DNA of 64,000 bases from NCBI GenBank assembly GCA_041741455.1, contig JBGSJZ010000099.1, positions 64,870 through 128,869 on the forward strand. The letters run 5' to 3'. Made by a program: the position numbers and the translations under genes. The notes under the pieces were generated by a model. The model ran no database searches, was not told the DNA's origin, and saw only the letters and a list, made by a program, of their open reading frames with translations. The DNA comes from Anaerolineaceae bacterium. Lineage in GTDB: Bacteria > Chloroflexota > Anaerolineae > Anaerolineales > Anaerolineaceae. This document shows, in pieces, positions 48,381 through 58,512 of this stretch. The number at the start of each line of letters is the position of its first letter. Position 1 is the stretch's first letter.

Positions 48381-48746
48381 TCAGGGTGCGGTGATGGATT
48401 CGATGGCTTGCGTCAAATCACTCAGGCTGAGAGGCTTTTGCATACAGCGGTTGGCACCGGCTGCCAGAACCTGGGCAGCTTGTTCGCTTGTCATAGCTGC
48501 GCTGAGAACAATAATCGGCGTATTTAGAAGAAGGGCAGCCTGTCGGATCTTCTTGATCAGTTGATCTCCACTGGAAGAGGTCAGGTAAAAATCAATAAAA
48601 ATCAAATCCGGTCGTTGCACCAAGGCAAGGTTAAATCCCTGGTCAGGGGTCTGGCTGGAGATCGATTCATGTCCCACCAGCCGGGCTGCCTGCTCCAATA
48701 ATGCCAGGGTATCCCGATTATCGTCAATAAATAGGATGAGCGCCAT
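48381..48746 (-). CDS. Single-domain response regulator (CheY-like receiver only)
   Basis: Start at MALILFIDDNRD (ATG at 48746). DD pair, phospho-acceptor Asp (LIFIDFYL), VLSA and QKP conserved. No output domain. Confidence 0.7.
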   Translation of the reverse strand: MALILFIDDNRDTLALLEQAARLVGHESISSQTPDQGFNLALVQRPDLIFIDFYLTSSSGDQLIKKIRQAALLLNTPIIVLSAAMTSEQAAQVLAAGANRCMQKPLSLSDLTQAIESITAP

Positions 48747-48789
48747 TTTATTTTGGGGGAGGTACAAACCTCCCCCGCTCGAAGTGAAT

Positions 48790-50292
48790 TTACAGTTTGT
48801 AAAGCTCACCATATTTGGCGTTGAGGTAACGCAAATATGGCTTTGGATCAATTTTATTTCCGGTAATTTTCTCCACCAGCTCCTGTGGTTCGTACTTGGC
48901 GCCATAGATATGAACATTTGAGCGCAACCAGCCCAACAATGCTGAGAAGTCACCCTGGGCGATCTGCTCCGGCAGATTGGGTAAATCTCGGATGATCACT
49001 TCCCAGAGCTGGGCAGACACCAGGTTCCCCAGAGCATAAGTTGGGAAGTATCCCATCATACCGCCAGACCAGTGCACGTCTTGAAGGACACCCCTGGCTG
49101 CATTGGGTGGAGTCACTCCAAGGTATTCATTGAAGCGGGCATCCCAGGCGGCCGGTAAATCCTTGATGGCAAGACTGCCTTCCAACATTGCGATTTCCAG
49201 CTCCAAGCGCAACATGATGTGTAAGTTGTAGGTGGCTTCGTCAGCTTCCACCCGGATGTATGTGGGTGAAACCTTGTTGATGGCGGCATAAAACGCGTCC
49301 AGGCTCACATTGCCAAGCTGGGTTGAGAATGCCTGCTGCAAGCGCGGATAAAAGAAGGTCCAGAATGGGCGAGATCGGCCAACCAGGTTTTCCCACATGC
49401 GGGATTGGGATTCGTGCACTGCCAAGGAAGCTGCACTTCCCAAGGGTAGGCGGCGATGGGCTGGATTGTAACCCAACTCATACAGTGCATGGCCGCATTC
49501 GTGCATGGTGCCGAAGAGGGCGGTGGCCAGACGGGTTGGATTGACCCGGGTGGTGATACGCACATCTCCAAAGCCCAGGCTGGTGGTGAATGGATGGACG
49601 GATTTATCCTGTCGTCCGTGCTCCCAATCGTAACCAAAGCGGGTGATGACGTCTACTCCGAAATCCCATTGAGACTCTTCTGAATATTCCAGGGAAAGGA
49701 AATCATCCTTTGGCGCCGGGCGGGAGCTGATGGCTTTGATGAGAGCAACCTGTTCACTGCGCAAGATAGAGAAGATGGCTTGCACATCGGCAGTTTTCAG
49801 GCCGGGTTCGAAATCATCCAGCAACGGATCGTATATATGATCATACGGCGCAAAGAATGAAGCATACTCCTGCCGTAATTCAACCAGCCGTTGCAGATGG
49901 GGTAGGAAGATGGAAAAATCGGATTTGGATTTTGCTTCTTGCCAGGTGGTTTGGCCCACCACCTGGGCCCGGGCAAATTCAGCAATGTGCCGGGGTGGTG
50001 TTCGAGTGGCTTTATCATACATGCGTTGAGTGACTTTAATCAACCGGGCATCGTCCGAGTCTGGATCGAGTTGATCGCTGTAGGATCGCAGGTCTTCCAG
50101 AAGGCGGGCGTTTTCATCGGTCACAAAGCGCTCATGTACGATCAGACCAAGGGTGGCCAGCAATTCACCCCGGTCTTCAGCACCGCCAGGAGGCATATTG
50201 ACTTGCATGTCCCAACCGAGAACGGCTTGGGTGTAATTGAGGTCTGCCAGTTGCAGTAATTTTCCTTTAAGTTGGTTCAGCTTTTCTTCCAT
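48790..50292 (-). CDS. Carboxypeptidase Taq (M32) metallopeptidase
   Basis: 500 aa. HECGHALYE zinc-binding HExxH and the N-terminus MEEKLNQLKGKLLQLADLN are typical of M32. Confidence 0.9.
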   Translation of the reverse strand: MEEKLNQLKGKLLQLADLNYTQAVLGWDMQVNMPPGGAEDRGELLATLGLIVHERFVTDENARLLEDLRSYSDQLDPDSDDARLIKVTQRMYDKATRTPPRHIAEFARAQVVGQTTWQEAKSKSDFSIFLPHLQRLVELRQEYASFFAPYDHIYDPLLDDFEPGLKTADVQAIFSILRSEQVALIKAISSRPAPKDDFLSLEYSEESQWDFGVDVITRFGYDWEHGRQDKSVHPFTTSLGFGDVRITTRVNPTRLATALFGTMHECGHALYELGYNPAHRRLPLGSAASLAVHESQSRMWENLVGRSRPFWTFFYPRLQQAFSTQLGNVSLDAFYAAINKVSPTYIRVEADEATYNLHIMLRLELEIAMLEGSLAIKDLPAAWDARFNEYLGVTPPNAARGVLQDVHWSGGMMGYFPTYALGNLVSAQLWEVIIRDLPNLPEQIAQGDFSALLGWLRSNVHIYGAKYEPQELVEKITGNKIDPKPYLRYLNAKYGELYKL

Positions 50293-50316
50293 GATTGATA
50301 TATTCTTCCTTGTGAA

Positions 50317-51261
50317 CTAGGCGACTTTCCAGCGTAGTGGCTCGCCACGCAGGGCGGCCAAGACTTCGGTTCCGATATCCTCAGCAGCGCGGGCCTGGGC
50401 TTCAACAGTTTGTGCGCCAATATGAGGAGTGCAAATAACTTTGGGATGTGAGACCAATTCAGTCAAACTTTGTGGTTCGGTAGCGTAAACATCCAGACCA
50501 GCTGCGGCTACTTTGCCCGAATTCAGGGCAGCCAGCAAGGCGGTCTCGTCAATTACACCACCTCGGGCTGCACAAACGATACACACACCGGTTTTCATTT
50601 TTCCAAAGGCTTCAGCGGAAAGTAAGTTGCGCGAATCGGCAGTGAGCGGCAGGTGCATGGTGATCACATCGGCTTGGGCGAGCAATTCATCCAACGTGAC
50701 AGGAATGCCGCCACGGGTCTGGATATCTTCTGCCTTAAGCAATGGATCATAAGCCAGGATTTTCATACCGAAGGCAGCCGCCCGTACTGCCACGGCTGAG
50801 CCAATCCGGCCAAAACCGATAACCCCCAGGGTTTTCTGATAAAGCTCGTTGCCTTCCAACTCCTTTTTGAGCCACTTATTGGATTTCATTCCGGCATCAG
50901 CGCGGGGGACTTCGCGCATCACGGCCAGCATCAAGCCTAGGGTGAGTTCAGCCACGGCAATAGTCGTCGCAATGGGAGAGTTGACTACCGTGATCTTACT
51001 GGTTTTAGCCGCGTTCAGGTCTATATTATCCACACCTACACCGGCGCGACCTACCACTTTAAGTTTCTTGCCGGCCTCCAAAACAGCCGGGGTCACTTTG
51101 GTCCGACCACGTACGACCAAGGCGTCATAATCACCGATGATGGCGAGTAGTTCTTCAGGGGTGATGCCGGGGCGATTATCCACCTGGGCAACGGCGCGCA
51201 TGATGGCCTGACCATTTTCTTCCAGACCGTCGGTCAACAGGATCTTCCAAGTCATGATCAA
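50317..51261 (-). CDS. D-isomer-specific 2-hydroxyacid dehydrogenase (SerA-like, no ACT domain)
   Basis: NAD-binding GxGxxG (GVIGFGRIG). Catalytic Arg/Glu/His triad region ends in TPHIGAQT. Confidence 0.8.
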   Translation of the reverse strand: MIMTWKILLTDGLEENGQAIMRAVAQVDNRPGITPEELLAIIGDYDALVVRGRTKVTPAVLEAGKKLKVVGRAGVGVDNIDLNAAKTSKITVVNSPIATTIAVAELTLGLMLAVMREVPRADAGMKSNKWLKKELEGNELYQKTLGVIGFGRIGSAVAVRAAAFGMKILAYDPLLKAEDIQTRGGIPVTLDELLAQADVITMHLPLTADSRNLLSAEAFGKMKTGVCIVCAARGGVIDETALLAALNSGKVAAAGLDVYATEPQSLTELVSHPKVICTPHIGAQTVEAQARAAEDIGTEVLAALRGEPLRWKVA

Positions 51262-51456
51262 CTCTCCTTTGAGACTTATAATTGTTTGGTTGGGTGGTAG
51301 TTCCCACCTGATTTAATTGTACACTAGTTTCGATAGTTTGAAATGTGAGAAAAATCAAAAAACTTGAGGATAGATTTCAGCCTAAAAAATCCTAAGTTGT
51401 TATCAATCTAGTTTGGTTCGGATATGAACACGACATCCCAACGGCGGGTATAAAAA

Positions 51457-51480
51457 ATCCCTGCCAGCGCTGGCAGGGAT
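51457..51480 (-). terminator. Rho-independent terminator of the MFS gene 51496-52824
   Basis: Perfect palindrome ATCCCTGCCAGCGCTGGCAGGGAT followed on the minus strand by tttttta. Confidence 0.55.
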
Positions 51481-51495
51481 TTGGACTGTGGTGGT

Positions 51496-52824
51496 TTACT
51501 CGGCGACTAGCTTGCGCTTGGGGTCGACCCGCTTGACTGTAAGTAAAACAAGTAAACCGGCCAATAGGAAGAGGATAATGCTGCCTACCCCCCACAGCAT
51601 CCCTTGTTGTTCTGCCAGCAGGCTATCGAACCCTCGATTAACATAAAAGTTGTGCATACGGAATGAGATTGTGCCAAAGACCAACGGGCCAATAAAGGTG
51701 GATGTTCTGCCAGCAACCGTGAGGAAACCATAAAATTCAGTGGTTTTTGAAGGTGGTGCCAACTGGCTGACAAATGTCCGACTGACTGCTTGAACCCCGG
51801 AGAGGAAGAAACCTGCCGAAGCACCGACAACATAAAAGAGGAAGGTTGTCTTAATCAAGAAGAGCATGGCAACTGTTATGGCCATTGCAATCAATGAAAT
51901 AATTAACGAATTTTTACAACTGATTTTATCTGAAATGATGCCGAACAGGTAAGCGCCAGCCACGCTGGTGATTTGCACGATGATTACAAAGATGATCAAT
52001 TGCATCTGACCGATGCCAAACAAAGTGGAACCAATGATGGCAGCATAATCGAGTGTCATCATCACACCATCATTAAAAATCAGGAAAGCGACCATGAATT
52101 TAATAAACTCTTTGTAATGGCGTACATCCCGAAATGTACTGGCCAGATTTTTGAAAGCATGGTTGATGGTAGATTCCCCTTCCGGCAGTTTCTCTGGTTC
52201 AGAAATCTGCTTAACCCAGAGGTAGGTGGGAATAGAGGAAAGTGCATAGAAAACTGCGGTAATCAAGAAGGAGACGCGAACAATATCCGTACCGCCAATC
52301 AACTGAATCGGGATTAACACAATCAGCAAAGCCACCACGCCGCCAAAGGAACCGATTGCCCAACCCTTACCAGACACTGAACCGATTGTTTCTGGGGTTG
52401 AAACATCCACTAGAAGGGCATCATAAAAAACTTGAGCACCGCGGTAACCGATTTCAGCCAGGATAAAGAATACCATTCCTTCGATAATGTCGCCTTTTTG
52501 AACAAAGAAGAGCAAGGCAGTGAAGACAATCGCAATGGATGTAAATATAAACAAGAATTTTTTCTTGGCTTTTGAGAAATCCGCGATGCTACCTAGCACC
52601 GGTGAAATTAAAGCCACAACCACTGCAGCGATTCCGATTGAGATACCCCACAACCGGGTTCCTTCTGCGCCACCAACCACTGCATTCTTGAAATATGACG
52701 AATAGACTGCCAATAAAACAACGGCTGCGTAAGCTGAATTGCCAAAATCATAAAAATACCAGGACCAACGATTACGACGGGATACTTTTTGGGTTGTAAG
52801 AGACTGCTCCATTATTTCCTCCAC
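51496..52824 (-). CDS. MFS transporter, UMF1/Atg22-like subfamily (paralog of 40091-41392)
   Basis: 442 aa. N-terminus WSWYFYDFGNSAYAAVVLLAVYSSYF parallels the other UMF1 gene. GGAGG RBS. Confidence 0.7.
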   Translation of the reverse strand: MEEIMEQSLTTQKVSRRNRWSWYFYDFGNSAYAAVVLLAVYSSYFKNAVVGGAEGTRLWGISIGIAAVVVALISPVLGSIADFSKAKKKFLFIFTSIAIVFTALLFFVQKGDIIEGMVFFILAEIGYRGAQVFYDALLVDVSTPETIGSVSGKGWAIGSFGGVVALLIVLIPIQLIGGTDIVRVSFLITAVFYALSSIPTYLWVKQISEPEKLPEGESTINHAFKNLASTFRDVRHYKEFIKFMVAFLIFNDGVMMTLDYAAIIGSTLFGIGQMQLIIFVIIVQITSVAGAYLFGIISDKISCKNSLIISLIAMAITVAMLFLIKTTFLFYVVGASAGFFLSGVQAVSRTFVSQLAPPSKTTEFYGFLTVAGRTSTFIGPLVFGTISFRMHNFYVNRGFDSLLAEQQGMLWGVGSIILFLLAGLLVLLTVKRVDPKRKLVAE

Positions 52825-52907
52825 GATGCGGAAATGGGATTGATAAAACCGTACAAGATTCTAACACAAGGTGTAACCCTTAAGTGAAGGATCGGTTGCA
52901 CAGTTCT

Positions 52908-52932
52908 TAAAAAAATAACTGCCGTTTGGTGG
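52908..52932 (-). terminator. Rho-independent terminator of plsC-like gene
   Basis: AACTGCCGT-ttggtgg-ACGGCAGTT perfect 9-bp stem. atttttttaa follows on the minus strand. Confidence 0.55.
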
Positions 52933-52948
52933 ACGGCAGTTGTGTTGA

Positions 52949-53680
52949 TCAGATTTCAGCCTGGGTTGCCCAGGGGTAGATTTCGGTTCCCCGGGCAGCC
53001 TCTCGGATAAGCGGGTCGTCTGAATAAAAACCGCGCCGCTCCGGTGGAATAAGTAGACTGATGTTTTTCATGATGACATGGCCCAACTCATCCAACTCTA
53101 TTCGGCTTGGCCGTTTACCTTCAAATTTATCGAAAGGGCCAAATGGCTTACCGATATTTACTCGCACGTTGACTTTCTTCCCAAATTTGAATTTCTGGAA
53201 GAAACCAACCATGCCATCGATGCCAATAGGCAGGATTTGGGCTTTAGAGCGGTATGCCAGGAATGCAGTGCCAGGCCGGGCCGGTCTTAAGACTGTTGCC
53301 CAACTGCCGCCTTCTGGAAAAATTGCCAGCACACCTCTCTGGTGCAGAATGGATTCCGAAGATTGCAAGGTTTCTCGTGAGCCGGTGCCGCGATAGGTAG
53401 GTATGACACCAAACAATTTGGAGATCCAACCCACGGTGGAGGGGGCGTTGGGTGTCTGGGCTCCGCCGACAAACTCCAGCGGCCAAGGAGCGGTGTGTAT
53501 CAACGCCAGAGGATCAAGAAAGTGGAAATGGTTACAGACCACTAACAGTGGACCAGCAGCAGGAATATATTCCTGACCTTGAACCTCGAATTTGGCGGTT
53601 ACACTGAATGCCAGGGCAATCCCGGTCTTCAGAATTCGGCGAATCACACGCCGGCGAGGGTAATGAATCTCTTTTGTCAT
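52949..53680 (-). CDS. plsC: 1-acyl-sn-glycerol-3-phosphate acyltransferase family protein
   Basis: HxxxxD motif (NHFHFLD) and FPEGG motif of LPLAT acyltransferases. Confidence 0.75.
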   Translation of the reverse strand: MTKEIHYPRRRVIRRILKTGIALAFSVTAKFEVQGQEYIPAAGPLLVVCNHFHFLDPLALIHTAPWPLEFVGGAQTPNAPSTVGWISKLFGVIPTYRGTGSRETLQSSESILHQRGVLAIFPEGGSWATVLRPARPGTAFLAYRSKAQILPIGIDGMVGFFQKFKFGKKVNVRVNIGKPFGPFDKFEGKRPSRIELDELGHVIMKNISLLIPPERRGFYSDDPLIREAARGTEIYPWATQAEI

Positions 53681-53756
53681 GTTCTAAATTATATCGAAGA
53701 TAGATAAGGTATGGGCATCCACGTTGATTATTTGATAACTTTCTAAAGATAATCGA

Positions 53757-54983
53757 CTATTCGTACCGCAAGGCTTCCACTGGTTCCAGGCCAGCTGCCC
53801 GGTTAGCCGGGTAAATTCCGAAGAAGAGGCCGACAGCAGTGGAAAAGATTGTGGCGAGCAGAACGGAATCCAAACCAATCACCGGAGTGAATGGCGTACC
53901 GGAGGCAGCAGCTACCCTGCCAACGATGTATCCGATCAACCAACCCAGCCCAATACCGATAATGCCGCCTAAAAGACTGAGTAGGGAAGATTCTGTGAGA
54001 AATTGAATCAGAATATCCCGGCGACGAGCGCCAATGGCTTTCCGGAGACCGATTTCGCGGGTGCGCTCAGTCACTGAAACCAGCATAATATTCATAATCC
54101 CTATTCCGCCCACCAAGAGGGAGATAGCGGCGATGCCGCCCAGGAAAATAGTTAGGATTCCGGTGATGGTCTGGGCTGTGGCAACAAAATCCTGCTGGGT
54201 GAAGACCGTGAAATCATCATAACCAACTTCAGTGCGGTGACGAGTGCGGAGGATATCAGATATTTCCTGGCTAGCCTGAGCTACCAAATCGGCTGAAACT
54301 GCTTGAACCAGGATAGAGTCCACTCGCTCGCGATTGCGACGGATGAGCCGTGCCTGGGCAGTCGTGATTGGAACCAGGATAACATCATCCGCAGATTGAA
54401 AAGAGCTGCCGCCTTTTGGTGCCAAAACACCCAGTACCCGAAAAGGCTGACCTTCAATGCGGATGGTTTCGCCGGTAACACCATCCCGGCGGCCAAAGAG
54501 CTTGTCAGCCACATCCACCCCCAATAAAGCGACCGAAGCATTACCAATTAAATGCTCATTGTTAATAAATTCGCCTTCCAACAATGAATAATTTCGAACC
54601 GTTTCGTATTCTGGAGTGATACCGCTGGCAGAGGTTTGAGCGCGTTCTCCACCGTATGTCACTTCAATATTCCCAGAAATGCTAGGCGCTACAGCAAGAA
54701 CTGAAGGTGCTAGAAATTCATCCATCATCGCTTCAGCGTCTGCTTTGGTGAGCGGTTGGGGATTACGGACTTCTTCGGTGAAGTTACCGGAGAAGACAAA
54801 AATCAAGTTCGAGCCGATACCAGAGATAGAACCGGTGATTGAGTTTTGCGCGCCCTGGCCAACAGAAAGCATGGCGATGACTGCCGCTACACCGATGACG
54901 ATGCCCAATATGGTTAATGATGAGCGTAGTTTATTTGCGCTCAGGCTTTCAATTGCTTCAATGAAGGCTTGAAAAATGTTCAT
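53757..54983 (-). CDS. ABC transporter permease, MacB/FtsX family
   Basis: 408 aa. N-terminal TM helix, large periplasmic domain, then C-terminal FtsX 3-TM bundle. Confidence 0.85.
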   Translation of the reverse strand: MNIFQAFIEAIESLSANKLRSSLTILGIVIGVAAVIAMLSVGQGAQNSITGSISGIGSNLIFVFSGNFTEEVRNPQPLTKADAEAMMDEFLAPSVLAVAPSISGNIEVTYGGERAQTSASGITPEYETVRNYSLLEGEFINNEHLIGNASVALLGVDVADKLFGRRDGVTGETIRIEGQPFRVLGVLAPKGGSSFQSADDVILVPITTAQARLIRRNRERVDSILVQAVSADLVAQASQEISDILRTRHRTEVGYDDFTVFTQQDFVATAQTITGILTIFLGGIAAISLLVGGIGIMNIMLVSVTERTREIGLRKAIGARRRDILIQFLTESSLLSLLGGIIGIGLGWLIGYIVGRVAAASGTPFTPVIGLDSVLLATIFSTAVGLFFGIYPANRAAGLEPVEALRYE

Positions 54984-55661
54984 TTATTCCTCCACCATTA
55001 AACCATCGCTCAATCGGATGATACGCTGGGTTAGAGCAGCTACATTGGGGTCGTGGGTGACGACTAAAATCGTGGTGCCCCTTTCCTTGTTTAATCGCAG
55101 GATTAAGTCCAATATTTCCTTGCCAGATTTTGAATCCAGGTTGCCGGTCGGTTCATCTGCCATCAGGATGGCAGGGTCGTTAATCAGGGCGCGGGCGATG
55201 GCCACGCGTTGTTGCTGACCGCCGGAAAGCTCTGTAGGGCGGTGGGTAACCCGGTCACCCAGGCCAACAGTTTCCAACATCAGGCGGGCGCGGTCTTTGC
55301 GGCCTTTGGTCACACCAGCATAACGGAGTGGTAATTCGACGTTCGAAAGGGCAGTTTGACGAGATAACAGGTTGAAGGATTGGAAGACAAACCCGACTTT
55401 TCGGTTACGAATGCTGGCCAATTGATCGCCACTTAATTTGGAGACTCTTTCGTCATCCAATACATATTCACCGGAGGTCGGTAAATCCAGGCAGCCAAGG
55501 ATGTTCATCAGGGTAGATTTGCCTGAGCCGGAGGGCCCCATGATAGCAACGATTTCACCGCGGTTAATGGATAATGAGACGCCTGCCAGTGCATGAACTT
55601 CTACACTACCCATTTTGTAAGTTTTCACCAAATCTTTGGTTTCTATAACGATATCAGTCAT
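54984..55661 (-). CDS. ABC transporter ATP-binding protein (MacB/LolD-like)
   Basis: Start at MTDIVIETKDL (ATG at 55661). Walker A GPSGSGKST, signature LSGGQQQRVAIARAL, Walker B ILMADEPTGNLD. Confidence 0.9.
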   Translation of the reverse strand: MTDIVIETKDLVKTYKMGSVEVHALAGVSLSINRGEIVAIMGPSGSGKSTLMNILGCLDLPTSGEYVLDDERVSKLSGDQLASIRNRKVGFVFQSFNLLSRQTALSNVELPLRYAGVTKGRKDRARLMLETVGLGDRVTHRPTELSGGQQQRVAIARALINDPAILMADEPTGNLDSKSGKEILDLILRLNKERGTTILVVTHDPNVAALTQRIIRLSDGLMVEE

Positions 55662-55674
55662 GATTTGCCTCGGG

Positions 55675-57072
55675 TTAGAATGGCGGGCGACCGCTACCCA
55701 TGTTGAACTCGGTAGGTGGATTGAGCACCAAGGTATCACCCTCGTTCAAATCGCCTAGTAAAATCTCACTAAATTGATCTGAACTGGCGCCAATTGTGAT
55801 ATTTACTGGAGTGGGTATATTATTTTTGAGCACATACACAACCCGTTGGCCGTCACGCAGGCGGACTGCCCGATTTGGTACCAGCAAGGCATCTGGAATT
55901 TGCTCGATAATAATATTGGCAGCAGCCGTCATGCCTGGGCGGATATCTAAATCAGCATCCAACAACTCAACCGTGACAGTGAAGTTGACCATCCCAGAAG
56001 TCAGGTTACCGACTCTCGAAACTTCAACGACTGTTCCGGTATATTCCTTGTTGAGAATGGCATCGAACGAAAGTTTTACTGGCTGGCTGGTTTTGATACG
56101 ATTGATATCGACTTCTGTAACTTGGACATCCACTAGCAGGTGGCTGAGATCATCAATCCGGAATGATGTAGTGCCAGGTGAAACCAGGTCACCAATCAAT
56201 GATCGGACTTCAGTAATAGTGCCTGCAAAGGGGGCTTTTAATTCGGAAAGCTGCAAGGAAGTTTTAATAGCATCGATGCGAGCCTGAGCTGAAGTGATAT
56301 CATCTGCATCTGGTCCGTCTTTCAAGCGTTCCCATTCGCGTGTGGCGTCCGAAAATTGGGCTTTGGCCAGCTCCACCTTGGCAGAAGCTTCGTCTAAAAG
56401 AATGGCATCTGGGATGGCCAACAGGGCGTTCAGGTTGGCCAACGCCCGATCACGTTGTTGACGGGCGGCGGATAGTGACGAGAGCGCATTCGCACGCATT
56501 ACATCTGATTCGGGCTTGTTGGCAAATTGATCGAAAATTTCCTGAGCGCGCTTGACAGCATCTTCGGCAATGGTCAGAGAGGCGCGAGCATTATCAATTG
56601 AATCCTGGCTGCTGGTATAAAATTTCTTGTTGGTTTGATTCTTTTCAGCATCTTCCAGAGCTTTTTGCGCTTGCACCACGGAAAGGTATGCCTGAGCAGC
56701 AGCCGTATTGGAGTTTAATAAGTTATCCAGGTTTCGCTGGGCTGTTATCAAATCTGCCCGGGCAAGAATTAGGTTTTGCGGAAGCGAGGTTTGGGCTAAC
56801 GAGGCAAGCAACTGGTCTTTGGTGACCTCTTCATCAATGGCTGCATCCATACTGGCGATTTGACCCGAGGTTTGCCAGGCAATGATGGCGGTCTGATTGG
56901 CACGGACTGAACCAGTCGCGCCAATGATAGCCGTCAGTTCACCTCGGGAAACAACATCTGTGCTGTAAGAGCTGGCTTTTGCAGCCTGGGCTTTGCTGTA
57001 TTCCGTGTAGCCAAAGTAGCCGCCTACACCGATGACGACAACCACTAAGAGTGTAATGATAGTTTTCTTCAT
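55675..57072 (-). CDS. Efflux transporter periplasmic adaptor subunit (HlyD/MacA family)
   Basis: 465 aa. N-terminal anchor, long coiled-coil hairpin, and beta-barrel domains. Operon with the two ABC genes downstream. Confidence 0.8.
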   Translation of the reverse strand: MKKTIITLLVVVVIGVGGYFGYTEYSKAQAAKASSYSTDVVSRGELTAIIGATGSVRANQTAIIAWQTSGQIASMDAAIDEEVTKDQLLASLAQTSLPQNLILARADLITAQRNLDNLLNSNTAAAQAYLSVVQAQKALEDAEKNQTNKKFYTSSQDSIDNARASLTIAEDAVKRAQEIFDQFANKPESDVMRANALSSLSAARQQRDRALANLNALLAIPDAILLDEASAKVELAKAQFSDATREWERLKDGPDADDITSAQARIDAIKTSLQLSELKAPFAGTITEVRSLIGDLVSPGTTSFRIDDLSHLLVDVQVTEVDINRIKTSQPVKLSFDAILNKEYTGTVVEVSRVGNLTSGMVNFTVTVELLDADLDIRPGMTAAANIIIEQIPDALLVPNRAVRLRDGQRVVYVLKNNIPTPVNITIGASSDQFSEILLGDLNEGDTLVLNPPTEFNMGSGRPPF

Positions 57073-57233
57073 GTTAACCTTCCAACCTTATACCGTGAGA
57101 TTAGCACAAGTATTCCAAAACATACTTGCATTGCTTTATAATCGACTATATTATGGGAATAAATATAACACTATTTAGTTAGAGTAGTATAAGATTTGTG
57201 TAACGTTGGTGTAGATTTGGTAGCGTTAATGAG

Positions 57234-58508
57234 ATGAGAAATTCTCTAATCAAGATTATTCAACTATCCCCGCTTCTTCTGGTGCTTGTTACCAGTATTT
57301 TTTTATTGACGCGCAGTGATGTGGTGATTTCAGGAATCTACGACCAAACTAGAACTTTCACCCGGATGATAGAATTTGATTATATTGATTGGACGTTTGA
57401 TGCATTATTCAACAAGCAGAAACAAAGCACTCTGGGAGGAGTAGATTACCTATCGGCAGCCGATCAACACGACCTGGTGATCCAACACACCACTTTACTG
57501 GCTTCGATCAGGCAATTGGAAGGCGAGATCAACCAGGTCTATGCAAATCCAAACATACCGGATCCGAACCAGTTTACGGCTGCCCTTAAAGTGCAATTGT
57601 TGGGTTTGGAAAAACAGCGCGATCATCAAGCCCCCCTGGTGGAAGCGATTATTCAGCAGCAGGTGAGGCAAATTCTAAACGATTTTCAGTTGACTACTCT
57701 TGGGCAGGAAATCCCCCCGGTGCTGTTCAAGGTCTCTGCCATGCCATTAGCTTTGATTGTTTCGCCAAGAGATGTGATTCGACAGGATGTGAATTTATCG
57801 TTGGTGGCGGATTTATCCGTTGAAGAAAAAGTGGACCTGGAGTCCCGGGTGGAAGAAGGTCTTAATGTTTCCTCCCTGGTGGTTGCTGTGGGTGGTGTGG
57901 GAATTTATCCGACGATGGTGATGAGTACCACGGATCTCAATTGGTTGATGGAAGTGGTAACCCATGAATGGATCCACAATTACCTGACACTGCGCCCTTT
58001 GGGTGTGAATTACTTTACCTCAGGTGATTTGCGTACGATGAATGAAACAACAGCCAACTTGTCTGGCAAAGAACTGGGACAAGCGCTGATCAACCGGTTC
58101 TACCCGGAACTTGCACCAGAACCTGTAATTGTTGAACCTTCTGGATCAACCAGCCCAATCGCACCTGAGACGCCTGCCTTTGACTTCAGGGCAGAGATGC
58201 GTACCACACGGGTTAAGGTGGATGAAATGTTGGCAACCGGCCTAGTGGAAGAAGCTGAAGAATACATGGAAGGCCGCCGGCAATTTTTCTATGATAATGG
58301 CTACCAGATCCGGCGCTTGAACCAGGCATACTTCGCATTTTACGGGGCGTATGCGGATGGTGGTGGAGGAGAGGCCGGGGAGGACCCGGTTGGCCCGGCC
58401 GTGGTCAAGCTACGTGAGTCCAGCACATCCTTAGGGGAGTTTTTAAAGAAAATAGGCCAGATGACCAGCTTTGCAGAGCTGCAACTAGCAATTGAAAACC
58501 TGCCGTGA
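57234..58508 (+). CDS. Membrane-anchored hypothetical protein with HExxH motif (putative zinc metallopeptidase)
   Basis: 424 aa. N-terminal TM helix. VVTHEWIHNYL contains HEWIH. No confidently recognised family. Confidence 0.45.
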   Translation: MRNSLIKIIQLSPLLLVLVTSIFLLTRSDVVISGIYDQTRTFTRMIEFDYIDWTFDALFNKQKQSTLGGVDYLSAADQHDLVIQHTTLLASIRQLEGEINQVYANPNIPDPNQFTAALKVQLLGLEKQRDHQAPLVEAIIQQQVRQILNDFQLTTLGQEIPPVLFKVSAMPLALIVSPRDVIRQDVNLSLVADLSVEEKVDLESRVEEGLNVSSLVVAVGGVGIYPTMVMSTTDLNWLMEVVTHEWIHNYLTLRPLGVNYFTSGDLRTMNETTANLSGKELGQALINRFYPELAPEPVIVEPSGSTSPIAPETPAFDFRAEMRTTRVKVDEMLATGLVEEAEEYMEGRRQFFYDNGYQIRRLNQAYFAFYGAYADGGGGEAGEDPVGPAVVKLRESSTSLGEFLKKIGQMTSFAELQLAIENLP

Positions 58509-58512
58509 GCAA

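Noticed and set aside
53684-53878. 64-aa ORF between the plsC-like gene and the MacB permease
   Set aside because: It overlaps the 3' end of the permease gene in another frame. No RBS or family resemblance.
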